IMG/VR virus record: IMGVR_UViG_3300038429_000202
Coordinates: 1 to 62,260 of that record
Direction: 5' to 3' (one strand)
Source of the DNA: a virus
Taxonomy: Duplodnaviria; Caudoviricetes
DNA length: 62,260 nucleotides
Made by a program: the position numbers and the translations under genes. Shown here piece by piece: positions 8,695-17,585 of this stretch (its first letter is position 1; each line of letters starts with the position of its first letter). A model generated the notes under the pieces. That model made no database searches and had not been told where the DNA came from. It saw only the letters and a list, made by a program, of their open reading frames with translations.

Positions 8695-10415
8695 CGCCCG
8701 CCAGCGTGCCCGAGCATCTTCTCGATCGCCTTGTCCTTGCCTTCCGGCGATAGCTGCCCAAGCAGTTTCTCCTGCATCTGCTGACCAGCGGCCTTGCGCT
8801 GCTTGAGCGAAGCCTTGGCGGTCTCCTTATCGGGCACCGCGGTGTGATCGATGATGAACTCGCCGTCGACATCGCCGACCTTGCGCAGCGCGAACAGCAG
8901 TTGTGTTGCCTCGTCCGCGAAAATCGGGCTCGACGAATGACTGTCAACCGTGACGCGCCAATCCTCGGGCAAATCACTCAACATGAACGACGTATCTTCC
9001 ATCTTCTCCGGGTCGGTCCAGTATTTCCGATCTTCCTTGGCTTCCATCATCGTCATGGTGAGATCAGCGCATGCCGCCAGTTGCTGCTCGGTCAACAGCG
9101 CGCGATCGCGCAGCGTCGGCGAGGCCGTCTTCATCAGCGTTTCCGCATGAGCACCGGCGCGCACGCCGGACTCACCCTTGCCCTGCATGATATCGGGGAA
9201 TGAACCAAGCGTATTGATCTGCTCCTGTACGTATTTGATGATCGGCAACAACTCGGACGGAAATTTCGGCGTCAGATCCTCGACCTTCGAATTCGGCCCG
9301 CCGTTCCAGTACCCGGCCAGGCGAAACTGGGCGTAGGCTTCGTCCGTCATGGTGTTGTCGCCGGAGAACGACAGGATCTTGTCGATCTGCAACCCGATCA
9401 GCCGCTTCAGGTCGTCGCACAGCGCCGACAGGAAGCCCTGCGGCTCGATCAGATCGATCAACTCGCTACGTCCCCAGAACCAGTTCACCATCGGGTTAGG
9501 CTGGATCAACCGATACGGCTGTACGCGCTCGATCCCCATCAGGTTCGATAGTTTGAACCGCGTGACCAGGATATCGGGCTCGACGATCTGAATGGTCTGA
9601 TAATCCTCCTCGCCCTTCACCCACAACTCGTGAAACTTCACTGTCGGGGCGCCGTCGGTCGGACTGATGGTCGGATAATTCGGATCGTTACCGAGCTGGA
9701 CGATGCCGCCCGGCAGCGGACGCGTCGCCGCATTGACGCCGGTGTTGAGCTGCGAGGTCGATAGCACCTGATGGAAAAAGCTGTCCGGCCCAGAGCCGAT
9801 CGATTGACCCATCTGGCCGTGCACCATGATGCGATCGAGCAACTTGTTCGCGTCAGGGAAGCGCCAGATGCGCTGCCATACCTCGGGGCGGGTCAGGTAC
9901 GACGTCTCGCACATCGCTTCCTGATTATCGATGTCGCTCTCGCTCTCGCGATAGACGCCGAAATTCCACGGCATCACCAGTTTCTTCTCGTAATAAATCC
10001 GCTCCTTGCCGAGGGGACCTTCCGACTTCGGCCACTGCTTCAAGATCGCACAGCCGTACTTCAGACCTTCCTTGACGCCTTGGCCGAACAGCGTGCCGCA
10101 GCCGGACCGCTCCCAGTGCCGGGTCAGATGCTTGGCGGCGACCTGCCCGCGCTTGATGACGTCGGGCTTGTAATCGTTGTCGAAGTCGCAGGCGAATTTC
10201 AGTTCGATCGGCGAGAACAAATGCGACTGGGTGCGTTCGAGATGCGCGTTCATCATGTTGATGAGCGCCTTGTTGCCGTCGGGACGTCCGGTCTCGGCAA
10301 TCTGATTCAGCAAACGATAGTAAGCTGCCCGGTTGCCCTGGCTGATCCGGCAGGTCTCGATCAATTCCGTTGCCGCCGGGATCAGTTCCTTCTCGGCTGT
10401 CGGGAGAGGGATCAT
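8688..10415 (-). CDS. Portal protein
   Basis: 575 aa downstream of TerL and upstream of the scaffold; podovirus portal size; WFWGRS and IMQGKGESGVR segments. Confidence 0.8.
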   Translation of the reverse strand: MIPLPTAEKELIPAATELIETCRISQGNRAAYYRLLNQIAETGRPDGNKALINMMNAHLERTQSHLFSPIELKFACDFDNDYKPDVIKRGQVAAKHLTRHWERSGCGTLFGQGVKEGLKYGCAILKQWPKSEGPLGKERIYYEKKLVMPWNFGVYRESESDIDNQEAMCETSYLTRPEVWQRIWRFPDANKLLDRIMVHGQMGQSIGSGPDSFFHQVLSTSQLNTGVNAATRPLPGGIVQLGNDPNYPTISPTDGAPTVKFHELWVKGEEDYQTIQIVEPDILVTRFKLSNLMGIERVQPYRLIQPNPMVNWFWGRSELIDLIEPQGFLSALCDDLKRLIGLQIDKILSFSGDNTMTDEAYAQFRLAGYWNGGPNSKVEDLTPKFPSELLPIIKYVQEQINTLGSFPDIMQGKGESGVRAGAHAETLMKTASPTLRDRALLTEQQLAACADLTMTMMEAKEDRKYWTDPEKMEDTSFMLSDLPEDWRVTVDSHSSSPIFADEATQLLFALRKVGDVDGEFIIDHTAVPDKETAKASLKQRKAAGQQMQEKLLGQLSPEGKDKAIEKMLGHAGGRH

Positions 10416-10630
10416 GCTGCTTCCTTAACCCATTGCGCCCAGCCTCCGAGCAATAGTAATCCTCTGTATTCGGCCTCTACTACACAATAGCGCCACGTCC
10501 TTAGCCACGGCAAAAAATCAACCAGCAGATCAGGATGATCCCCGGGATAATGCCTAATTATATAACTGAGCAGCAGATCATTCTGCACTTCGGCAATGGG
10601 AGACCCGAAAATTGTTGCGTACTCACTCAT
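10412..10630 (-). CDS. Hypothetical protein (lower GC)
   Basis: ATGA overlaps at both ends. Confidence 0.5.
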   Translation of the reverse strand: MSEYATIFGSPIAEVQNDLLLSYIIRHYPGDHPDLLVDFLPWLRTWRYCVVEAEYRGLLLLGGWAQWVKEAA

Positions 10631-11166
10631 ACAGGCGACCTGTAATTCGGGTTGTTGGTGATCTCAAGCGGCAGCGGAGCACTCCCGATTGGAGCCAGGG
10701 CCGCTTGTACCCGATTGCGCGAGCGCAGGCCAGCATGTGGGGCCACACCGGTGTGGGCCTGTGTCGCGAAATTCTGGGCCTCGGCCACACCAAAGCCGGT
10801 CGGCATGCCTCGCGCCTGCATCTCGGCCATCCGCTGGGTCACGGGGTTGTTGACTTCTACCGCGGAGAACTCGGCGTCCTTGCGATCGTTGAGGTTGGTG
10901 ATCTTGAGATTTGACATCTCAGATACCGGGACACCGGCCATCGCGGCGCCGAGTTCAGCCCGCTTCTCCGAGCCGTCCATGATGTCGCGCGCCACCTTGT
11001 CGTTGTTTTTCGACTTCTGCGACAGGAAGGCGGGCATCACGACGACGTTGTCGGGCACCCGGTTGTTGATGTCGGCGCTGCAAAGCGGGCAGAAATCCGG
11101 CCAGCCCTGCGTGACGTCGTATTTGAACTTTTTCTCGCAGGCGGGACACTTCAAAACTACTGCCAT
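10627..11166 (-). CDS. Zn-ribbon protein
   Basis: CPAC...CPLC at the N-terminus; between TerL and portal. Confidence 0.65.
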   Translation of the reverse strand: MAVVLKCPACEKKFKYDVTQGWPDFCPLCSADINNRVPDNVVVMPAFLSQKSKNNDKVARDIMDGSEKRAELGAAMAGVPVSEMSNLKITNLNDRKDAEFSAVEVNNPVTQRMAEMQARGMPTGFGVAEAQNFATQAHTGVAPHAGLRSRNRVQAALAPIGSAPLPLEITNNPNYRSPV

Positions 11167-11288
11167 TAGTGATTAAATCCTTGTGCAAACGCCCACAATA
11201 GGAACACTAAAAAGGCAAGCACTACTCCCATCCCGCCTACAATCAAGACGAATTTCACAACGTCAAGTACCGTAATTGCATGCTCCAT
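11166..11288 (-). CDS. 40-aa single-pass membrane peptide (MEHAITVLDVVKFVLIVGGMGVVLAFLVFLLWAFAQGFNH)
   Basis: Manual translation; GGAG RBS; TAATG overlap with the next gene. Confidence 0.55.
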   Translation of the reverse strand: MEHAITVLDVVKFVLIVGGMGVVLAFLVFLLWAFAQGFNH

Positions 11289-11290
11289 AG

Positions 11291-14236
11291 TTATCTCCCA
11301 TACCGCCAAGTATTCTTCATCGCCAGTCGCTGCTGCGCGATCCGGCTCTGCTGCTTCTGGCCCATGAACGCCGACATCATGTTCTGATTGAACATCTGGG
11401 TCTGGTCAACCACGCTCCGCATCTTTTTAACCTTCTCAGCCTCGCGCGATCGCTTCTGAACGATCAATTGCCGCCGCATCTTGATCTCCCAGTTATGCGC
11501 CGTCAAAGCCGCTGCCAGCGTGCGGTCATCCTTGCCGGCATCGCCGGTGCCGTTGGCCTTGATGGTGTCGCCGTCACGCGCCACTCGCTGCATTTCCCGG
11601 ATCAACTCCTGCGACCGAATCCGCAGCTGGCCGTTGCCGACCAGCGAGCGCAACTGCTCGAGGATCATGATCTTGTTCTGCTGCTGGGTGTTGTGGGTCG
11701 GAATCATGCCCGAGCCTGCCAGGAACAGTCGGGAAGGGCTATCAACACTGAGGCACTTCACCGGAACCGAACCTATTGACTCTACCGAAACGATTCGATG
11801 GCGCTTTGACACACTCAGCCGCGGTTTCCATTCGCCTTTGCGTCCCTTCGTTTTTACCGTTGCCTGTTGGCGAGCAGCCTTTCTGCTTAGCCTGAAAACA
11901 AGCATGTCGGGGTACCCGGTAAACCAAAACTGATACGCGGGCTTGCATTCAGATTTCTTCCCGCGATAGCTCAATTCAAGATTTCTTACTACAAACTTCG
12001 CCTTGATGCCGAGAGATCTCAAAAGTTCTTTGAACCCTTTGGCGAGATCAGGCCGCGTCGTCGTAAATCCGCACTGGCGACTAATATCGATCGACCCGTC
12101 CGTATCCATTAAACCTTGCAGCAGCGCCAATCGCTGCTCTTTCGAGGCTCGCAAATACGCTTCTGGAATGTGCTTGTTATCGATCAACCCGCTTGATTTT
12201 AACCTGTGTGAAAAATCCGATATTGCACGACTGCATACGGTTCGGGGAGGCGACCCGCGCTTCAGCGTTCCCAGCTGATATCCTGCCATTTCGATGTGGT
12301 AAGAGATTTCAAGTAGATCGGCTTCATTGCCAAAAATATAAGGTCGCTTGCTATCCCCATCGCCGAGCCACGCCCCTAACACGTAGGGGTCAATCGGAAG
12401 CGACTTCGCAGGTAATTCAAGTGGCTCGGCAACCGCGATCGAATAAGGCTCCCAGCGACGAGGTGACTGAAAACCGTTCATCAAGTCGACTGTTTTTACT
12501 AGCGCTCCGTTGTTTACGGGCCAAAGATGCTGATCGTCAGCGACGATCGTTGACCCGTCCTCGAAAGTTATTTCGAAGCATTCGTGGTTTTTCATAACGG
12601 GCGAGCAACCCGTGACGCGGCATACTTGCCCTCGGTCGTCAAAAATTTTGTCTCCTACTTTTAGTGCTCCCATTGTAGTCCACCCCGAAGGAGTGGGAAT
12701 GATTTCGTCGGTAAACAGGCATTTCCAGTGCCATGCGCCACCGCCTCCCATCGAATCGGCGCGGGTGTAGATGTACTGCTTGACGTTCTGAAAGATGTTG
12801 CGAATGCCCTGCTCGGCCAGCGGCGCGTAGGAATTCTCGATCTGGAATTTCAGGCCCTGCAACTCGGTCAGCACCGCGCCGCCGGGGCCATTCAATTCGA
12901 GAATATACTTGATCTCGGTCAACGGCTCGGAGCCGTACCAGCCCATCACGGCGGCGATCACCCACGCAAAGTGCTTGGTTGAGATCAGCGGGTAGGCGTA
13001 CTCGGCGACCTGGTCGACGCCATCGGAGTAGCAACGAAAAACCTGGAAGCTCGATCGATCGTTGTTCTCGTTCTCACCAAAGGCCGGATCAATGCCGATC
13101 GAATACACTGCCTCGCGTTGCGGCGGCTCCCACACTTTCAGTTCTATGTTCCGCGATGTCTCCGCCGGATAAACCTTAAGATCGCAGAATTCAGTGCCGG
13201 GCAAAAACATGTAGGATTTGTATTTGTTGGAAACATGCTTATCCGACTGGTCCTTAAGGCTCTCACCAGAGAAAAATACACTGCCCGTAATCTGGAATGC
13301 CTCGTCCTCGTCCCACGGATCTTCCTGTTTCTGGAACTGGTTTGCCTCGAAACCAGCGTCAGTATCACCAGTATCGCGAGAAGCCGGATCGACCAGTCGA
13401 CGATACCAGGCAAGCTGTTCCTGCGAAATGGCAAAGTCGTAAAGCTCCTTGACCTTATCGATTTTCTTCTGCTCGTCGACAGTCGGCAGCTGCGTACCGT
13501 AAAACTCCCAGTCCTTGCTGTCACGCTCGATGCGCTGGCCGTCGTGGCTCCACCAGCCGATAAAAATTGTAACGCAATGATGCTCGTCAGCACGCGCCTC
13601 GTGCCACATGTCCATCCAAGCGTTAGGGCCTCTGGCTGTACTTTCCCAAATATACAACCTATCGGGGTGACTGTCCGAAAGCGATCTCCGATACGATACA
13701 AGTCCTTCGTCGTTTTCCCAGCTACAAATTTCGGACCCATGACTAAGGGTCAAACCCGCTGAACGTCCTAGCGTGCCCGACGTCTTGGTTTTTTTCACAC
13801 CCGCTGACTTGAACAAAATTTTAGAATTATTAACGAGCATGAGCCCGTCGCGGTTATCTTTTTTGATGCCTGGAAATTTTAAGCGTTCGGGAAGATCGCC
13901 GATCATTGTGACGAGTTCGTCGCGAGCAAGATTCTTGTTTTCATTTGAATCGAAAACAAGCGCGCCGGATAAACCGCGGTGAATGCCTAGATAAAACGCG
14001 GACATCGCCCTAGCGATAGTCGTGATTCCTAACTGGCGGCTCTTCAAAACGTAAACGTCGTGCTTATCTTCTTCCAAGCCGTCCATGACTTTTGTGATGA
14101 AGTGGCGCTGGCTGTAATACAGATTTTCACCAAGACTAACAAACCCCTTGTTTTTAGAATTGATTCTCGCCTGCTTCAAAAAAGCGTAAAAAGCTGATTC
14201 GAACGCTTCGCGCTTCTCTCTGCTCCAGCCAGCCAT
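11291..14236 (-). CDS. terL: Terminase large subunit (981 aa including a 344-aa intein)
   Basis: Walker A VLKSRQLGITT, Walker B LSHGSE, WESTARG, RNase H IGIDPAFG and KDDR; start ATG 14236 with TGATG overlap. Confidence 0.93.
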   Translation of the reverse strand: MAGWSREKREAFESAFYAFLKQARINSKNKGFVSLGENLYYSQRHFITKVMDGLEEDKHDVYVLKSRQLGITTIARAMSAFYLGIHRGLSGALVFDSNENKNLARDELVTMIGDLPERLKFPGIKKDNRDGLMLVNNSKILFKSAGVKKTKTSGTLGRSAGLTLSHGSEICSWENDEGLVSYRRSLSDSHPDRLYIWESTARGPNAWMDMWHEARADEHHCVTIFIGWWSHDGQRIERDSKDWEFYGTQLPTVDEQKKIDKVKELYDFAISQEQLAWYRRLVDPASRDTGDTDAGFEANQFQKQEDPWDEDEAFQITGSVFFSGESLKDQSDKHVSNKYKSYMFLPGTEFCDLKVYPAETSRNIELKVWEPPQREAVYSIGIDPAFGENENNDRSSFQVFRCYSDGVDQVAEYAYPLISTKHFAWVIAAVMGWYGSEPLTEIKYILELNGPGGAVLTELQGLKFQIENSYAPLAEQGIRNIFQNVKQYIYTRADSMGGGGAWHWKCLFTDEIIPTPSGWTTMGALKVGDKIFDDRGQVCRVTGCSPVMKNHECFEITFEDGSTIVADDQHLWPVNNGALVKTVDLMNGFQSPRRWEPYSIAVAEPLELPAKSLPIDPYVLGAWLGDGDSKRPYIFGNEADLLEISYHIEMAGYQLGTLKRGSPPRTVCSRAISDFSHRLKSSGLIDNKHIPEAYLRASKEQRLALLQGLMDTDGSIDISRQCGFTTTRPDLAKGFKELLRSLGIKAKFVVRNLELSYRGKKSECKPAYQFWFTGYPDMLVFRLSRKAARQQATVKTKGRKGEWKPRLSVSKRHRIVSVESIGSVPVKCLSVDSPSRLFLAGSGMIPTHNTQQQNKIMILEQLRSLVGNGQLRIRSQELIREMQRVARDGDTIKANGTGDAGKDDRTLAAALTAHNWEIKMRRQLIVQKRSREAEKVKKMRSVVDQTQMFNQNMMSAFMGQKQQSRIAQQRLAMKNTWRYGR
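11690..12721 (-). mobile_element. Intein with LAGLIDADG homing endonuclease, inserted in the TerL nuclease domain
   Basis: WHWK|CLFTDEIIPTPSGW...DDQHLW...LGAWLGDG...LQGLMDTDG...IPTHN|T. Confidence 0.95.
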
Positions 14237-14865
14237 CAGCGAAGCCTCTGCAAAGGGTCTTGGCCTTTTCGCAAACGACATCTAGCTGAGTAGTAATTGA
14301 CGCCTGCCTCTTCGCAGGCATCTTTTAGCGAAACCGTTTTGCCTTCGAGCACTATCCGCAGCGTGTTTCGTTTATTGCGGCTCTGCATTTTCTTAGATGC
14401 CCACACACAATTGTCCGGCTCGTAGTTGCCGTTCACATCTTCCCGCTCGATAGAATGCTTTGAAGACGGACGCTCCCCCATATCCGCTAGGAAGTTGGAA
14501 AACCCCGCTTCGCCAAGCCATCGGGCGCAAACAGTGATTCCTCGGCCTCCGTAGTATGGCCACGTTTTTTCATTCGCGTTGAAGCACCGAGTTTTTATGC
14601 CTGTCCAAACGCGACGTTCGGGGGTGTTATATTTTCCATGCGTGATATTTGATTTTAGAAGCGCAGGAGCGATCGCACATCCGCATGATCTAGACTTGCC
14701 GGACTTCAAATTGTAGCCGTAAGCGACGGAAGTTTTCCCGCATTCGCATTGACACCGCCAAAGCGAATCGCCGCTAGTCCCCTTCGAGCGCCTGCCGACG
14801 AACTCCTCGACAGTCAGCTTTCCGAAAACTTTTCCGGCCAAATCCACGCGAGGATATCTTGTCAT
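14236..14865 (-). CDS. HNH homing endonuclease (phage CxCG / YGGRGI type)
   Basis: WRCQCECG, SCGC, YGGRGITVCARW, SIEREDVNGNYEPDNCVWA...Q.RN. Confidence 0.9.
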   Translation of the reverse strand: MTRYPRVDLAGKVFGKLTVEEFVGRRSKGTSGDSLWRCQCECGKTSVAYGYNLKSGKSRSCGCAIAPALLKSNITHGKYNTPERRVWTGIKTRCFNANEKTWPYYGGRGITVCARWLGEAGFSNFLADMGERPSSKHSIEREDVNGNYEPDNCVWASKKMQSRNKRNTLRIVLEGKTVSLKDACEEAGVNYYSARCRLRKGQDPLQRLR

Positions 14866-14871
14866 AACAGC

Positions 14872-14900
14872 ACATTACGCCGACGACGTGCTCTGCGCAA
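14872..14900 (-). promoter_or_regulatory. Sigma70-type promoter for a leaderless HNH-terL transcript
   Basis: TTGCGC-N17-TAATGT followed by 6 nt and then ATG 14865; no SD present. Confidence 0.5.
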
Positions 14901-14912
14901 GGCCATCACTTA

Positions 14913-15509
14913 TCATCCCCCTACTGCACTCGCTTGGGCACTTGTCGATGCATTACTAGCCGGCGTACCCCGCCGGCGTACCGCCGTCCGTCCGGCCCAT
15001 CCGCCCAACTGGAAGTGCCCGCTATCGGCCCAGCGCCACTGCGCCCCGCTTATCAGCCCGCAGGAATTCGCCAGCGTGATCTCATTGGAAGGCATCGCCG
15101 GGCGTGTGACGTTCCGTGCCACTTGGTTCACATCAAGTGCCAAACCTGAATAATGTAAGCTGCCGGGAATATGGCCGCCATGCGCAAACCCGCCCAGGAA
15201 CTTAACCGGATATCCTTGTTGCTCCAGTTTGTCGATGATGCACTGGAAGGCCGCGACGGCATGAGCAGCCACATGAGCCACTGCGCCCGATTTTGCACTA
15301 ACCGCTCCAGAGCCGTGCATCGCTCGCAGATCAGGCTGGTGATAGTAGTGTCGGTGGCGGCGATGATGCATGCGACGAACGTGGTGTCTGGCATGATGCA
15401 TGACGTGCTGCCGTTGAACGTGGTGCGCGTGATGCTTGTAGTGCCGATGCCCGGCTTCGGCCGATGAAAAAAGGGCGAAAAAAATCAACACGGAAAACAG
15501 GTACTTCAT
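14913..15509 (-). CDS. Secreted M15-family Zn peptidase (cell-wall peptidase) with a His-rich linker
   Basis: Signal peptide ending AEA; SLHYSGLALD and DSGHFQ motifs. Confidence 0.8.
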   Translation of the reverse strand: MKYLFSVLIFFALFSSAEAGHRHYKHHAHHVQRQHVMHHARHHVRRMHHRRHRHYYHQPDLRAMHGSGAVSAKSGAVAHVAAHAVAAFQCIIDKLEQQGYPVKFLGGFAHGGHIPGSLHYSGLALDVNQVARNVTRPAMPSNEITLANSCGLISGAQWRWADSGHFQLGGWAGRTAVRRRGTPASNASTSAQASAVGG

Positions 15510-15527
15510 GAAGTGATGCTCCCGAAG

Positions 15528-15842
15528 TCAGTGTTTGATGGTGAGAAGGGCTTCGATCCGGTTGGTGGTTGCCTGCACCGCTACCAACTTTTCTTCAAGG
15601 CGCGTCAGCCGCTCGCCTTGCGGCGCGATCAAGGCTACCGTCTTTTCCACGATATCAACGCGGGTATTGAACTGGGAAGCATACCAAACGAGCCCGCCGA
15701 ACTGGGCTATGCCTATGATCAGGCTACCGACCAGCCAAACGACGGGAATGCCCTTGTTAAGGTGCCATTCCCGCTCCAGCTTTGCACTTCCGTTGTCGCT
15801 GAACTCGGTCATTCGACGGCTCGATGCGCGTGCCATTCTCAC
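15528..15842 (-). CDS. Single-TM coiled-coil lysis-cassette protein
   Basis: TM segment IPVVWLVGSLIIGIAQFGGLVWY followed by a coiled coil. Confidence 0.55.
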   Translation of the reverse strand: MRMARASSRRMTEFSDNGSAKLEREWHLNKGIPVVWLVGSLIIGIAQFGGLVWYASQFNTRVDIVEKTVALIAPQGERLTRLEEKLVAVQATTNRIEALLTIKH

Positions 15843-15874
15843 CTACCCCGGTGAAATCAACCGCTTCGATGCCG

Positions 15875-16165
15875 TCAGGTTCCGGCGTCGGTCGATGCCG
15901 CCGCTGCTTCGAACGCCGCATCAACCTGCTGATCGAGAACTTGCAACTGCGCTAGTTGCGCGGCATTGGTCGCCGGCGTCGCGCTCAGCGCCGCGATGAT
16001 GTTCTTCACCGGTGTGTAGAGCGATGAGATTTCGTCGACGATGAACGGGACGAACTGGGTCAGCGTCTTGATGATCGAGTCGATCAGCGACGCGTTGGCG
16101 CTAGACGTCAGTAGCGGGATTAGGTTGGTGATCAGCCCGAGCAGGGCCTGGATGGCAATCGTCAT
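15875..16165 (-). CDS. Hydrophobic lysis-cassette protein
   Basis: Coupled to the lipoprotein gene. Confidence 0.55.
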   Translation of the reverse strand: MTIAIQALLGLITNLIPLLTSSANASLIDSIIKTLTQFVPFIVDEISSLYTPVKNIIAALSATPATNAAQLAQLQVLDQQVDAAFEAAAASTDAGT

Positions 16166-16545
16166 TTCGAAACTCCGGGGTTGGTGGGAATCTGTGTCTG
16201 CAATGACGTCACGGTTGCCACTAACGCGTTGTAGATGGCACTTGGCCCGGCAGTGCCGGAAACAATATAAGGCTCAAGCTGATTGCGAGCGATGCGGCCG
16301 GCACGCACCGCCGAAACCACGGCCTGCCGGGTATTCAGCGCGCAGTAGGAAGGTGCCGGACTGGCCTGCTTGCAGTACAGCAGGTATTGCGTGGCGCTGG
16401 CCTCGCCGGCGTCGAAGGCATTGGCCGCCACGATGATCTGAGTCGGAGAGACTGTGGCGCCGGTGACGACGTCCCATGCGGTTTGCAGGGAGGCACAGGC
16501 GCCGAGCGACAAAGCGAGGGGGATAACGAGAAGAAGCTTTTTCAT
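16162..16545 (-). CDS. Lipoprotein, possibly spanin-like
   Basis: MKKLLLVIPLALSLGA|C lipobox; AAGGA RBS. Confidence 0.7.
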   Translation of the reverse strand: MKKLLLVIPLALSLGACASLQTAWDVVTGATVSPTQIIVAANAFDAGEASATQYLLYCKQASPAPSYCALNTRQAVVSAVRAGRIARNQLEPYIVSGTAGPSAIYNALVATVTSLQTQIPTNPGVSK

Positions 16546-16546
16546 G

Positions 16547-16891
16547 TCAAGATCCTTTGGCGGTTTCGGTAATGTCTGCCATGGCAGCACGAGTTGGAGC
16601 GATCTTGTTGATAGCGGGATCGATCGCCATAGCGGCCAATCCGTCGGTGGCCTGCGAATTGACGGAAACATGCTCGATCCCGGGCATGGCAAGCACATCC
16701 TTGACAGTATTAAGCTGGCTGGCCAAGATGACGCCGATGCCGCTGAACATGGTGTTGATCATTCCGAGCACCATGACGATAAGCGATGCTGTATCAGGCC
16801 CCCAGATTTTGGTGAAAACCGCAGTGGAAGTCATGAGCGTGTTGAGGATGACGCCGACGATGCCGATCCACTGCTTGCCACTGAGGTTCAT
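16547..16891 (-). CDS. Putative holin
   Basis: Two TM segments; directly downstream of the endolysin. Confidence 0.6.
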   Translation of the reverse strand: MNLSGKQWIGIVGVILNTLMTSTAVFTKIWGPDTASLIVMVLGMINTMFSGIGVILASQLNTVKDVLAMPGIEHVSVNSQATDGLAAMAIDPAINKIAPTRAAMADITETAKGS

Positions 16892-16930
16892 GATTAGGAT
16901 GCTCCTGCGGGTTGCGGCAACCTGTCACAT

Positions 16931-17584
16931 TTAGGATACGGTGTCTAGGGCAGCCTTCCATCGTTTAAGCCACGTCATCCGATCGGAAAGCCCGGTATAT
17001 CCGCCGTTCAGATGGCGGGTGACCTGCACGACGTTGTCCGCCTTGGCCCATGGCAAACAGCCGCAAAGGATGAAATCGGCCGTCCCGCATTCCAGGAAGT
17101 GCTCGGGAGCGTTGACGAGATCGGGGCTGTTGAGCAGGTCGAGGACCAAGCCGTTCTTGGCGAGAAACGCCATCAGTTTTGCGTATCCGGCTCGGCCGGT
17201 TGTCTGCGTAGCTCCACGCCCGCGAAACCACCATCCGTCATTGGACTTCGGCAGATTTCCGAGATCGTCGTGCAGTGGTGGCTCATAAATGTAGTTGGCC
17301 AGTTTCTGCGGGTTGTGAGCGTATATCCATGCGTTGCCGCTATTGAAATGCGCAGGCCACACGGCAGGAAGTCGCTGTGGTGAGTAATTCAGGTTCTCGA
17401 CGACTTCCATCCCGGCGCCACACTCGAGGCTGATCTGCGCCATCAGGTGCGCAATCAAAAGGTTCGAATTGAACCCGTATTTAGGAAACACGACGGGCGC
17501 CGCCTTGGCGATGCCGTCACGCAGGTCCGGGATCAGGCGATCGCCGTTTGACCAGAGGTTGTAGAGGGTGTTGATGAAAGCCAA
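16931..17584 (-). CDS. GH19 (chitinase-like) endolysin
   Basis: AHLMAQISLEC, ENLNYS, DGWWFRGRGATQTTGRAGY, LNGGYTGLSDR; start uncertain (TTG 17584). Confidence 0.88.
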   Translation of the reverse strand: MAFINTLYNLWSNGDRLIPDLRDGIAKAAPVVFPKYGFNSNLLIAHLMAQISLECGAGMEVVENLNYSPQRLPAVWPAHFNSGNAWIYAHNPQKLANYIYEPPLHDDLGNLPKSNDGWWFRGRGATQTTGRAGYAKLMAFLAKNGLVLDLLNSPDLVNAPEHFLECGTADFILCGCLPWAKADNVVQVTRHLNGGYTGLSDRMTWLKRWKAALDTVS

Positions 17585-17585
17585 G

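Noticed and set aside
14237-14281. TerL start at 14281 from the ORF track
   Set aside because: ATG 14236 gives a TGATG coupling with the HNH stop and avoids a long overlap
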